In this document: one piece after another, positions 51,548-64,000 of the stretch | Position numbering within the stretch: the first letter of the stretch is position 1 | How the letters are laid out: each line of letters opens with the position of its first letter | DNA from: an uncultured Gemmatimonadales bacterium | GTDB taxonomy: Bacteria > Gemmatimonadota > Gemmatimonadetes > Gemmatimonadales > GWC2-71-9 | Direction of reading: 5' to 3' | Assembly (NCBI GenBank): GCA_963836815.1 | Contig: CAWILD010000012.1 | Span: forward strand, 691,298-755,297 | Length of the DNA: 64,000 bases | The notes under the pieces: generated by a model | The model's input: only the letters and a program-made list of their open reading frames with translations | Databases searched by the model: none | Told to the model about the DNA's origin: nothing | Program-made: the position numbers and the translations under genes

Positions 51548-51565
51548 CGTTTCTCTGTTTTCACG

Positions 51566-51637
51566 GTTGTCACCCTGAACGAAGTGAAGGGGGCATGATC
51601 CACGTCATGCCCCCTTCACTTCGTTCAGGGTGACAAC
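51566..51637. repeat. REP-like perfect inverted repeat (33-bp arms)
   Basis: GTTGTCACCCTGAACGAAGTGAAGGGGGCATGA-N6-exact complement, between convergent genes. Confidence 0.85.
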
Positions 51638-51648
51638 GTGGCACGCCC

Positions 51649-52548
51649 CTACGCAGCCTCCGCGCGTGCCAGTCGCAGGGCTCCCACTACGGCGTCCACC
51701 GGATCCTCCAGGGTGCGGAGGCCTGCTTCCTCACTCAGCCGGGCGAGCACGCTCCGACGGAGCGGCTGGCTGCCGGCCAGGAGACCGCCGGTCAACGCGA
51801 CGCCGACCGGAGGGTCCACGTCCATGACCGGAAGCAGGCAGATCGCGAGCTGGCAGAGCTCGCGCGCTGCGTAGTCGGCGATTCCCTGGGCCAACGGGTC
51901 ACCCTTCGCGGCCACCTCGAGGACGTGCGGGGCCAGGGTAGCGATCTCCGCGGGTGAAGCGCTGGCAGCCCAGCGGACGAGAGCGTCGAAATCGGCGGCC
52001 CGAGCGGCCGAGAATACCCGGCTGGTGAGCGCGGTGGCCGGGCTTCGGCCGTCGTGGGCCCGACTCACGGCGCCGAGCGCCGCCCGTCCGATGCCGTAGC
52101 CGCTGCCCTCGTCGCCCATCTGCCAGCCGTAGCCACCGATCCGGTGCCGCTGTCCGTTGCGGTCGCGGCCGACCGCGATGCTACCGGTCCCCGCGCTCAC
52201 GACGATGCCGGGACCATGCTCGAAGGCCCCGGCCAGGGCGATCTCGATGTCGGTGGTCACGATGACCCGGTCGGCGATCCCCTCCCCTCGCAGTGCCTTC
52301 CTCAGCTCTTCCCGCTCCGGATCGCGACCCGCACCGGCCGCACCGACGACGAGGATGTCGCCGGCCAGCTTGCCCTGCTGGGCCAAGGCGCGGCGCACGA
52401 CCTCCGCGATGATCGAGGCCGAAGCCAGCGCCCGCTCCGGCCGAACGGCCGCGCCCGGACCATCGGCACGGGACAGCACTTCCCCACCCGTCGAAACCCC
52501 AACCGCCGTCTTGCTGCCGCCGACATCTGCGCCAATGAAGAGAGGCAT
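51649..52548 (-). CDS. BadF-type N-acetylglucosamine/MurNAc kinase
   Basis: DVGGSKT, AGTGS, GGYGWQMGDEGSG. Confidence 0.88.
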   Translation of the reverse strand: MPLFIGADVGGSKTAVGVSTGGEVLSRADGPGAAVRPERALASASIIAEVVRRALAQQGKLAGDILVVGAAGAGRDPEREELRKALRGEGIADRVIVTTDIEIALAGAFEHGPGIVVSAGTGSIAVGRDRNGQRHRIGGYGWQMGDEGSGYGIGRAALGAVSRAHDGRSPATALTSRVFSAARAADFDALVRWAASASPAEIATLAPHVLEVAAKGDPLAQGIADYAARELCQLAICLLPVMDVDPPVGVALTGGLLAGSQPLRRSVLARLSEEAGLRTLEDPVDAVVGALRLARAEAA

Positions 52549-52569
52549 TCGCTCGCTCGATCTATAGAA

Positions 52570-54060
52570 TCAGGTTCTCGCTCGTTGTTGTTCCGGAGTT
52601 TCATGAAGATAGCTGGCCGCGACACCCGTGCCGAACGCCAGCAGCGTCCCCAGCGGGACATACCAGGGCCATGCGAGCCTTCCCACCGGCTCGAGCCACG
52701 CGAGCGCCTCGTGGGTGGCGAGCCGCTTGGCGAAGATGACGAGAAGCATGACCGAGACCGTCACCAGTACGGCGGCGACGACGTCACGCCCGGTGGCACG
52801 GGGCCACTTCGCCGCCAACAGATAGGTGCCGAGCAGTGCGCCGTAGGTCACCGAGGCAATGGAAAGCGCGAGCACGACGACCGGCGTGTCGCTGCCGCCG
52901 GCGAGGTAGTGGAAGAACAGCGCGCCAAAGACGAGCGTCGTGCCCCACAACGCGGAGAACAGCCGACCGACCTTCAGTAGATGGACCGGATCGCGGCGAC
53001 CGGTCCACGATGCGTAGAGGTCGTGCGTCGCGGAGGACGCGAGTGAGTTGATCGCCGAGCTGTGCGTACCCATCGCGGCGGCGAGGATCCCGGCCACGAC
53101 CAGACCGGCTAGCCCCGCCGGCAGGTGCTCCACCACGAACTTGGGGAAGAGCTGATCGCTCGGGATCTCGGTGGGGGCAAGTCCCGCCGCCCAGATCGCG
53201 GATCCAACCAACAGGAAGAGCGTGAACTGGAACACGACCATGACCCCGGACCCGACGAGGGCAACTCGGGCATCGGCCAGCGATCGGGTCGCCAGCAGGC
53301 GCTGCACGATGAGATGGTCGGTGCCGTGCGACGCCGCCGAAAGGAGCGCACCCCCGAGCAGCCCGCCGAGCAGGGTGTAGGTGCGGGTGAAATCCAGCTC
53401 GGGCGCGATGAGCTTGAGCTTGCCGGCCTCGGCCGCCATCCCGAGGGCCTCTGCCGGGCCGCCCGCAATCGACCAGGCGACCAGAAGCGCACCCAAGCCG
53501 CCCGTGAGGTAGACCGACAGCTGCAGGACGTCGGTCCACACCACCGCCTTGAAGCCGCCGAACCAGGTATACACCATCGTGACGATGCCCATCACGATGA
53601 CCGAGGTCGGGACGCTCCAGCCGGTGACCAGGGCCAGCGGGATCGCGCTGGCGAAGACGCGCACTGCGTCGCCCAGGAATCGCGTGACGAGGAAGACAAC
53701 CGAGGTGAGCCGGCGGGTGCCCGCGCCGAACCGGGTTTCCAGCCGAGCGTAGGCGGTCTCCTGCTCGCCGCGGAAGTATCCGGGCAGCAGCCACACCGCC
53801 ACACCCATGCGCCCGAGGAGATAGCCGAAGGCCAGTTGGAGAAACGTGAAATCTCCGCGCGCGCCGATCCCTGGAACCGAGATGACGGTCAGGGCGGAGG
53901 TCTCGGTGGCGACGATCGAGAGGAGGATCGCCCAAGCGGGAAGATCGCGCGCCCCGAGGAAATAGTCCGTGGCGTTTCGTTGCCGGCGCGCGACCCAGAG
54001 GCCGACGCCGAGGGTAAATACGAAGTAGACGCAGACGACCGCGAAGTCGAGGGTATGCAG
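52570..54060 (-). CDS. Sodium:solute symporter
   Basis: DYFLGAR, SIVATETS, DHLIVQRLL. Confidence 0.9.
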   Translation of the reverse strand: MHTLDFAVVCVYFVFTLGVGLWVARRQRNATDYFLGARDLPAWAILLSIVATETSALTVISVPGIGARGDFTFLQLAFGYLLGRMGVAVWLLPGYFRGEQETAYARLETRFGAGTRRLTSVVFLVTRFLGDAVRVFASAIPLALVTGWSVPTSVIVMGIVTMVYTWFGGFKAVVWTDVLQLSVYLTGGLGALLVAWSIAGGPAEALGMAAEAGKLKLIAPELDFTRTYTLLGGLLGGALLSAASHGTDHLIVQRLLATRSLADARVALVGSGVMVVFQFTLFLLVGSAIWAAGLAPTEIPSDQLFPKFVVEHLPAGLAGLVVAGILAAAMGTHSSAINSLASSATHDLYASWTGRRDPVHLLKVGRLFSALWGTTLVFGALFFHYLAGGSDTPVVVLALSIASVTYGALLGTYLLAAKWPRATGRDVVAAVLVTVSVMLLVIFAKRLATHEALAWLEPVGRLAWPWYVPLGTLLAFGTGVAASYLHETPEQQRART

Positions 54061-54082
54061 GCGGCATCCTCCCGGCGAGCAC

Positions 54083-54118
54083 AAAAAAAGGGCCCACCCG
54101 CAGGTTCGCGGTGGGCCC
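54083..54118 (-). terminator. Intrinsic terminator
   Basis: GGGCCCACC hairpin plus T7 on the minus strand. Confidence 0.7.
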
Positions 54119-54138
54119 GGGAGCTTATGTCAGGACGG

Positions 54139-54507
54139 TCAGGCGGTAAAGCTGGTGCCGCAACCGCACCCGCCGGTGGCGTTCGGGTTGCTGAAGGTGA
54201 AGCCCGATCCCTGCATGGAGGTCACGTAGTCGATGGTGACGCCCGAGAGGTACTGCGCGCTGAACCCATCGACGAAGATCCGGACGCCACCGACGTCCAT
54301 GGTCATGTCGTCGTCGAGGGCCCGCTCTTCGATGTTGAGGCTGTACTTGAAGCCGGAGCACCCGCCGGGAAGCACGCTCACCCGGAGGCCCGCGGTTTCC
54401 GCCGGCACCTGCTCGGCGACGATGAACTTCCGGACCTCTTCAGCAGCCTTATCGGTCAGCGTCAGAGCGAAGCCGCTGGTCGACGCCTGCTGAGGAATGC
54501 TGGTCAT
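54139..54507 (-). CDS. A-type Fe-S carrier (IscA/ErpA)
   Basis: GGCSG and CGCGTSF. Confidence 0.93.
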   Translation of the reverse strand: MTSIPQQASTSGFALTLTDKAAEEVRKFIVAEQVPAETAGLRVSVLPGGCSGFKYSLNIEERALDDDMTMDVGGVRIFVDGFSAQYLSGVTIDYVTSMQGSGFTFSNPNATGGCGCGTSFTA

Positions 54508-54537
54508 GCCTGGTCTCCTTACCGAGAATAGCCAAAC

Positions 54538-56317
54538 TTAACCGGGATCCACCTGGGGTGTCAACGCGGCGTTGAGCACCGTGTCAGCTCGTAAGTTACG
54601 TTGAATCAACAAGAAAGCCGCAATGGACACCGCGCCGTACAGCAGCCCGCGGAGGGGGGTGCCGGTCACGAACGCCCCTACGGCAAAGACCGCCGAGTAC
54701 ACGGCCACGATCCCGGCCACCCAGTTGACCCAGGAGAGGGCCCCGCCGGGAATACGGTCGTCCGGGTAACCGAGGCGCCGGGCGACTTCGCGCCAGCCCC
54801 GCCCCCCCGGCCGGACCTGGCGATAGAACCGCTCGAGAGTGGCCTCGGATTCGGGTGGGGTCAGGAAGGTGACTCCGAGCCAGACCACGCTCGTGACGAT
54901 CACGGTAATCAGCATCGTCTGGGCGTACGTCGCGCGACCCGGGTCGCTGAGATCGTAGCCGAAGGTGGCAAGCACCAGCGATGTCACGAACGAGGCGGCC
55001 ATCGCGCTGATTTCCGACCACGCGTTCACCCGCCACCAGTACCAGCGCAGGATGAACACCAGCCCGGTGCCGGCACCGAGACCGATCAGGATCTTCCAGC
55101 CTTGCTCGACGCTGCTGAGGAAGCTCATGACGATCACCGAGGCGACCATCATGAAAGCGGTTGCCAACCGTGACGCCAGCACCTGTGCGCGCGGGCTGGC
55201 ATCGGGCCGCACGAATCGGAGGTAGAAATCGTTCACCAGGTACGAGGCGCCCCAGTTGAGGTGGGTGCTGATCGTGCTCATGTAGGCCGCGGCGAAGGCG
55301 GCAAGCAACAGCCCCTTGTAGGGCGACGGGAGGGTGTCCACCATGACCCGGACGTAGCCCTCCTCGGGATTGGCGAGGCCGGGATACTGGAGCACCGCCA
55401 CGAAGCCGACCAGGATCCAGGGCCAGGGCCGCAGGGCGTAGTGCGCGATGGTGAACCATAGCGTGGCGAGGAGTCCGTGGCGCTCGTCCTTCGCCGAGAG
55501 AATCCGCTGCACCACGTAGCCGCCCCCGCCTGGCTCCTGCGCCGGGATACCAGGCAGCCCACCACTGGACCGCGAGGAAGACGAGGAGGGTAGAGAGCGG
55601 TAGCCAAGCCTGGTCGACCGGTGGGATCACGCCGAAGGCGGCTTCCGCCGAGCCGTAGTGAGCAGCCGCTTTGGTGACCAGGCTATCGAGACCGCCGATG
55701 GATTCGACGGCGAGCACGGCCAGCAGAATCGAGCCGGCCATCGCGACCACGAACTGAAACGCGTCGGTCACGATCACTCCCCAGAGTCCCGAGAGGATGC
55801 TGTAGATCGCCGTGACCCCGAAGAGCACCAGGGCGGCGATCCACGGGTCCACGTCGAGCGTGATCTGGAGGATCGTCACCATCGCTCGGGTGACCCATCC
55901 CATGATGATGAGGTTGATCGGTATGGCGAGGTAGAGCGCGCGAAAGCCGCGGAGCACCGCCGCCGGCTTCCCGCCATAGCGCAGCTCGGCGAACTCGACG
56001 TCGGTCAGCACACCCGCGCGGCGCCAGAGGCGCGAGAAGAAGAACACCGTGAGGACGCCCGAGAAAGCGCCGTTCCACCAGAGCCAGTTGCCGGCCACGC
56101 CGTACTTGGCCACCAGGCCGGCGACGACGAGCGGAGTATCGGCCGCGAAGGTGGTGGCTACCATCGAGGTCCCGGCAAGCCACCAGGGAAGCGAGCGGCC
56201 GGACACGAAGTAGTCGGCCAGCGACTTCCCGGCTCTGCCGGCATAGGCGAGCCCGATGGCGGCGGAGGCGATGAAGTAGAGCGCGACGATGAGCCAGTCG
56301 GAGAGCTCCAGGCGCAT
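54538..56317 (-). CDS. Sodium:solute symporter (frameshift near 55540)
   Basis: DYFVSGRSLPWW, SMVATTFAADTP, QRILSAK. Confidence 0.9.
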
Positions 56318-56341
56318 GGTGGTCCCTGGGTTGGTGGGAAG

Positions 56342-58085
56342 CTAGGACGCGCGGCGCATGACGCCCCACCCGCGCGGGTAGTCGGGTGGAATCGCGATGG
56401 GCAGGCGGCCGGTGATCGCCGCCTTGCCGATCAGTGCGCGCGCCACCGCCTGCTCCGTGACGGGAGTTCGCGCGCCAGCCGATGAGATACGAACCGACTT
56501 CGGGAAGACTCGAGATAAGATAAGGATTTCCCAGCGAGATCAGGATGGTGGGCGTGGACCGAGCCGTCGAGGAGACCAGCGCGGTGAGTCGAGGCGGCAG
56601 GCCGATGGTACCGCGACCCGCGATGGGTCGGTCGGCCGTCGCGAAGATCGCGACACCGCTCCGGGCCACGGCCGCTCCGGCCGAGTCGTAGCTCGCCGGG
56701 CCGCTCCCGGGCCAGAGGCGGAAGAGGTTGACGGAGAGTCCGGCCGCGCGCAGCTCGGCCGCGAGGGCCCCGCCGACGGTCCGATTGTCGTCCTCGCCGT
56801 AGGCGATCAACGCCAACGGCTGCCGAGCGCTCTTGAGTCCGTGTACGGTCCCGCCCACGTCCTTCACCATCACGATCGAGCGCTCCGCCATGGTGAGGGC
56901 CTCGGCCTGAAAGTCGGCGTTGCCGACGAAGGCGGGCAGGCTGTCGAGCGATACCGTCCTCCGACGGAACAGCCCCAGGGTCTTCTTGGCCTCGAGGAGG
57001 CGGAGGACCGAGCGGTCGAGCCGCTCCTTGCTGATCTCGCCACGCTCGACGGCCGCGGCCATCGCGTCGATGGCGGCCTTGGGATCCGCCGGCTGGAGCA
57101 GAAGGTCCGCACCGGCGAGGAAGGCGCGGACCGCCGCACCCGCGCCGTAGGCGTTGGCGACGCCGGCCATGTTGAGCGCGTCAGTCACCACGATGCCCTT
57201 GAAGCCGAGCGAGTCGCGGAGGATGCCGGTCAGCACTTCGGGCAGCACCGTGCCGGGCCGGAGGTCGCCCGCGTTGATCGCCGGCAGTGCGATGTGCGCG
57301 GACATCACGGCATCCACGCCGGCCGCGATCGCCGCGCGGAACGGCACCAGCTCGACCGAATCGAGTCGCGACCAGTTCGCCCCGATCACCGGTAGCGCGA
57401 GGTGCGAGTCGGTCCCGGTGTCCCCATGTCCCGGAAAATGCTTCACGGTGGCGAGGACGCCGTGGTCCTGGAGCCCGCGCACCTCGGCCGCGACCATCCG
57501 GCCGACCGCTTGAGGATCTTCGCCGAACGAGCGGACATTGATGATGGGATTGTCGGGGTTGTTGTTGACGTCGGCGACGGGCGCAAAGACGAGCTGGATG
57601 CCCACCGCGCGTGCCTCGACGGCCGTGATGCGACCCATCTCATACGCCGCGGAGTCGCTGCCGGTGGCGGCCACGCCCATATTGGGTGGCAGCTGGGTGC
57701 CCCCGTTGAAGCGGATGCTCGTCCCGCCTTCCAAGTCCGACCCGATGAGGAGAGGAAGCGACGAGCGCTCCTGCAGCCGGTTGAGCTTGGCCGCGATGTC
57801 GAGCGGCGAGCCGACCGAGACGATGAGCCCGCCGACGTGCAGCTCGTCCACCCATTCCTGCATCCGCTCGAAGGCCCGGTCGTCGTAGGCGGCATAGTTG
57901 CCGGCGATCCAGGGCATCACCAGCTGGGCGATCTTGTCCCGGGTGGACATCGAATCGAGGATCGCCGACGGATTCGCCTCCATGAGGCCCGGCGTGGGAG
58001 GGAACGGGGTGGGCTGCGATGGCGCGCCTCCGGTTCCACAGGCGCAGAGCAGCACGATTACGATCGCGAGGAACTTGGCGTGCAC
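56342..58085 (-). CDS. nagZ: GH3 beta-N-acetylglucosaminidase lipoprotein (frameshift near the C-terminus)
   Basis: KHFPGHGDTGTDSH, TDALNM; lipobox LCAC. Confidence 0.9.
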
Positions 58086-58097
58086 AGAGCTCTCTTG

Positions 58098-59316
58098 ATG
58101 CTGGGCGTCTGGGGGTGGTCCTGGGGCTGCTCGTCTGCCGGGGCGCCGGCCGGCGCCCCCCCATCGCAGGTCGTCCGACCTGGCATCGAGGTGCTGCTTT
58201 CGGACAGCGCGCACCTGGTCCGCAACCGCCGGATCGGGCTGGTGACGAACCAGTCCGGCGTGGACGCCGCGGGAGTCAGTGACGTGGTGCGATTGCGGGC
58301 GGCTGGCGTCCGGCTCGTGGCGCTCTTCAGCCCCGAGCACGGATTCCGCGGGGCCGCCGACCCCGGCGCCGCCATCGCGTCGTCGGTCGATTCGGCCACC
58401 GGCCTTCCAATCTACAGTCTTTACGGTCGGACTACCGCCCCCACGGCCGAGATGCTGTCGGGCATCGACGTCATGCTGGTGGATCTTCAGGACGTCGGCG
58501 CGCGGTACTACACCTGGCTCTTCACCACGATCGAGGTCATGAAGGCCGCGGGCCGCCACGGTGTCGCGGTGATCGTGCTCGATCGCCCGAACCCGATCGG
58601 CGGGCTGGTGCAGGGGAACGTGCTCCAGCCCGGATTCGTGACCACGGTCGGCCAGCTCGAGATCCCGATGCGGCACGGCATGACATTGGGCGAGCTGGCT
58701 CGTCTCGCCCGGAGCGACCTCGGATTAGAAGTGAACCTCGCGGTCGTGCCTGCCGCCGGATGGCATCGACCGATGCCGCTCGACCGGACCGGATTGCCGT
58801 TCATCCCGCCGAGCCCGAACCTCCGGACCCTCGAGAGCCTGTACCACTACCCCGGGACGTGCCTCTTCGAGGGCACCAACCTCTCGGTGGGCCGCGGGTC
58901 GGACGCGCCGTTCCAGCAGGTCGGCGCTCCCTGGCTCGATACGGCCTCCGTGCTCGCGCGGCTGCGAGCGGCGCGACTCCCCGGCGTGGAGTTCCAGGGC
59001 GTCTCGTTCACCCCGTCGAAGCCGGGCGACGGGAAGTACGCCGACACCCTGGTCAGCGGCATCCGGCTCGAGGTGACCGAGCGTGAGACCTACGATCCGA
59101 CGGCGACCGCCATTCACCTCCTGTCGGCGGTGCGAGAAGGCCACCGTGAGCAGTTCGCCTGGATTCCGACTCACTTCGACCGGCTGGCCGGGACCGGCGC
59201 GCTCCGCTCGGCGATCGATGCGGGGACCGCGCCGGCCGAGATCGTCCGAGCATGGCAGTCCGAAGCTCGAACGCTTTCGAGCAAGAAGCCGTCCGTCACT
59301 GATCTATCCCGACTAG
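58098..59316 (+). CDS. namZ: Exo-beta-N-acetylmuramidase (DUF1343)
   Basis: TNQSG, PEHGFRG, YSLYG, DLQDVGARYYT, DRPNP, RHGMT. Confidence 0.9.
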
Positions 59317-59427
59317 GGCGCGGTCGATTGCCCGAAGCCGTTCGGTCGGTTATCCTTTCGCCCGGCAATTGGTTGCGGGCATCCGCACGGCGCCATTCCA
59401 TGGACTCAACCGAGGACCGATAGAAGC

Positions 59428-60108
59428 GTGAAGTTGTTGGGTGCATTGGAGAAGCCGTTCTACGCCGCGCTGAATCCGCTGGTCGAGCGTCTGATCCGCG
59501 CGGGCGTGCGGCCGAACACTATCACCACGGTCGGTACCGGGCTGGTCCTGGTCTCGGCGGTCGCCTACGGCTTTGGCCATATCCGCATCGGCGGCGCCCT
59601 TCTCCTGCTCAGCGGGTTTGCCGATACCCTGGACGGCCAGGTCGCCCGTGGCGGCGCCATGGTGACCAAGTTCGGCGCCTTCTACGACTCCACCCTCGAT
59701 CGCGTCGGCGACGGCGCCACCTTCATCGGCATCGGCGCCTATCTGCTGATGGCGCCTGACGTTGCGTACCGCATCCCCGCCGTCATCATCTGCATGATCG
59801 CCATCCTCAGCTCGCTCCTCGTGTCCTACGCCAGGGCGCGTGCCGAAGGACTGGGCCTCGATTGTAAGGTGGGCATTGCGCAGCGCGCGGAGCGCGTGAT
59901 CGGGCTCGGGGTGATCTCGCTGCTCGTGGGGGCGGGTCCCCGCGCGCTGGTGCTGGAGGGGGTGGTGGCCCTGCTCACGGTCGCATCGACGATTACGGTC
60001 GTCCAGCGCTTCGTCTATGTGCACCGCATCGCCGACCGAGTGGAGCCCGAGTCGCGGGTCCGCAACGTCGAGCGCGCGGCGCTGGACACTCTCGCGAAAG
60101 GTCATTGA
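59428..60108 (+). CDS. CDP-alcohol phosphatidyltransferase (PIP synthase-like)
   Basis: DTLDGQVAR...GAFYDSTLDR; SYARARAEG. Confidence 0.88.
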   Translation: MKLLGALEKPFYAALNPLVERLIRAGVRPNTITTVGTGLVLVSAVAYGFGHIRIGGALLLLSGFADTLDGQVARGGAMVTKFGAFYDSTLDRVGDGATFIGIGAYLLMAPDVAYRIPAVIICMIAILSSLLVSYARARAEGLGLDCKVGIAQRAERVIGLGVISLLVGAGPRALVLEGVVALLTVASTITVVQRFVYVHRIADRVEPESRVRNVERAALDTLAKGH

Positions 60109-60109
60109 C

Positions 60110-61438
60110 GTGCCTGAACAGACCGCCCGGCAGATCGCGCCGGCGAAAGGCAAGCTTGGGGTACTCTGCGTCGGCCTCGGCGCAGTGGCCACGACGTTCA
60201 TCGCAGGGGTCGAGAACATCCGGCGGGGAGGCGCCAAGCCGATCGGTTCGCTCACGCAGATGGGCACCATCCGGCTGGGCAAGCGCACCGAGGGCAGAGC
60301 ACCGCTCATCCGCGAGTTCGTCCAGCTCGCCGCGCTGGAAGACCTGGTCTTCGGTGCCTGGGATCCCGTCCCGGATGACGCCTACACCGCGGCGATCAAG
60401 GCCGGGGTGCTGGACCGTCACGAGCACCTGGAGCCGATCGGCGACTTCCTGAAGGCGCTCAAGCCGATGCCGGCCGTATTCGAGCAGAGCTACGTGAAGC
60501 GGCTCGAAGGCAAGAACGTCAAGAGCGGGAAGACCAAGCGCGATCTGGCGGAGGCGCTCCGCAAGGACATCCGCGATTTCAAGGCGAAGCACAAGTGCGA
60601 CCGCCTCGTGATGGTGTGGTGTGCATCCACCGAGATCTTCATCAGCCCGGGTCCGACCCACTGGACGCTGGAGGCCTTCGAGAAGGCGCTCGACAGCAAC
60701 GACCAGTCCATCGCGCCGTCGATGCTCTATGCCTACGCGGCCATCCAGGAGGGCGTGCCGTTCGCGAACGGCGCCCCGAATCTCACCTGCGACTTTCCGG
60801 CCATGGAGCAGCTCGCCCGGGACAAGGGCGTGCCCATCGGCGGCAAGGACTTCAAGACCGGCCAGACCATGGTGAAGACGGTGCTGGCGCCCATGTTCAA
60901 GGCCCGGATGCTCGGCGTGGCGGGCTGGTACTCCACCAACATCCTCGGCAATCGCGACGGCGAGGTGCTGGACGATCCCGAGAGCTTCAAGACCAAGGAA
61001 GAGTCGAAGCTCGGCGTCCTGGAGTACATCCTCCAGCCGCAGCTTTACCCCGAGCTCTATGGGGAGATGTACCACAAGGTGCGGATCAACTACTATCCGC
61101 CCCGCGGCGACAACAAGGAAGGCTGGGACAACATCGACATCTTCGGGTGGCTGGGCTACCCGATGCAGATCAAGGTCGATTTCCTCTGCCGCGACTCGAT
61201 CCTGGCCGCGCCGCTGGTGCTGGACCTGGCGCTGTTCTTCGACCTCGCGCAGCGGGCGGGGCTGAGCGGCATCCAGGAGTGGCTCTCGTTCTACTTCAAG
61301 AGCCCGCAGGTGGCGCCGGGGCTGTACCCGGAGCACGATCTGTTCATCCAGCAGACCAAGCTCAAGAACACGCTGCGGTATCTGATGGGCGAGGAGCAGA
61401 TCACGCACCTCGGGATCGAGTATTACCAGAATGATTGA
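60110..61438 (+). CDS. ino1: myo-Inositol-1-phosphate synthase
   Basis: GLGAVAT, GKDFKTGQT, NILGNRDG, GDNKEGWD, DSILAAP, FYFKSP. Confidence 0.93.
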   Translation: MPEQTARQIAPAKGKLGVLCVGLGAVATTFIAGVENIRRGGAKPIGSLTQMGTIRLGKRTEGRAPLIREFVQLAALEDLVFGAWDPVPDDAYTAAIKAGVLDRHEHLEPIGDFLKALKPMPAVFEQSYVKRLEGKNVKSGKTKRDLAEALRKDIRDFKAKHKCDRLVMVWCASTEIFISPGPTHWTLEAFEKALDSNDQSIAPSMLYAYAAIQEGVPFANGAPNLTCDFPAMEQLARDKGVPIGGKDFKTGQTMVKTVLAPMFKARMLGVAGWYSTNILGNRDGEVLDDPESFKTKEESKLGVLEYILQPQLYPELYGEMYHKVRINYYPPRGDNKEGWDNIDIFGWLGYPMQIKVDFLCRDSILAAPLVLDLALFFDLAQRAGLSGIQEWLSFYFKSPQVAPGLYPEHDLFIQQTKLKNTLRYLMGEEQITHLGIEYYQND

Positions 61439-61441
61439 ACC

Positions 61442-61732
61442 GTGAAGTACTTCCACCGCACCCACCTCCCTGCCGACGACGTGCTGGCCCTCGCGTCCGA
61501 GTTCTTCGGCAGCCGGCTGGCGCCGGTGGAGGAGCTCGCCCGCCGGCGGAAGTTCGCCGGCGCCATCGGCCAGGTCGCGGTCACGTCGCAGGCGGACGGC
61601 GGTCACTACACCCTGGTGACCGCCGAGACCGACCAGGTCGGGGAAAGCGAGGCCGACAAACTGGCCAAACGCTTCCTCACCATGGTGCACACGTTGGAGC
61701 ACCCGAATCACCGCCCCATCGGCGCGTACTGA
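61442..61732 (+). CDS. Hypothetical protein
   Basis: Compact ORF between ino1 and hppA. Confidence 0.6.
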   Translation: MKYFHRTHLPADDVLALASEFFGSRLAPVEELARRRKFAGAIGQVAVTSQADGGHYTLVTAETDQVGESEADKLAKRFLTMVHTLEHPNHRPIGAY

Positions 61733-61766
61733 TCCTAGCGCCACCACGATTGCCAGGAGATTTCTG

Positions 61767-64000
<2,234 letters not shown>

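Overview
High-GC bacterial DNA. Gene content and protein style suggest Gemmatimonadota (inference). Single-base indels break even housekeeping genes (tonB, nagZ, hppA, a symporter, a kinase), so the assembly is probably long-read and frameshifts alone do not prove pseudogenes. Layout: (1) 1-2.2 kb is core DNA (sirtuin, M10-type metalloprotease, tRNA-Phe). (2) About 2.2-37 kb is a composite island at tRNA-Phe. It opens with a capsid-less, PICI-like satellite (integrase, Xis, TerS, PC4-like protein, D5 helicase with putative ori, RHH, Cro-like repressor, HEPN-like cargo). Debris of further integrative elements follows: integrase, TerS, DUF3631, SNF2, ligase and kinase remnants, plus 3' halves of tRNA-Lys, -Gln and -Ala, the Lys and Ala halves carrying arm-type repeats. 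The cargo includes four variant c-di-GMP-I riboswitch cassettes, five stand-alone receiver domains (three lacking the Asp), secreted lipoproteins, an orphan Flp pilin, and an unannotated 27-aa, 9-Cys metallothionein-like gene with its own promoter, RBS and terminator. (3) 38-64 kb is core: a further receiver, an mreB paralogue, sodA-peroxiredoxin, two-component genes, tonB-exbB-exbD-exbD, an APC permease, a peptidoglycan/amino-sugar salvage locus, PIP synthase-ino1 and a membrane pyrophosphatase (partial). No database searches were run; family calls come from motif recognition.
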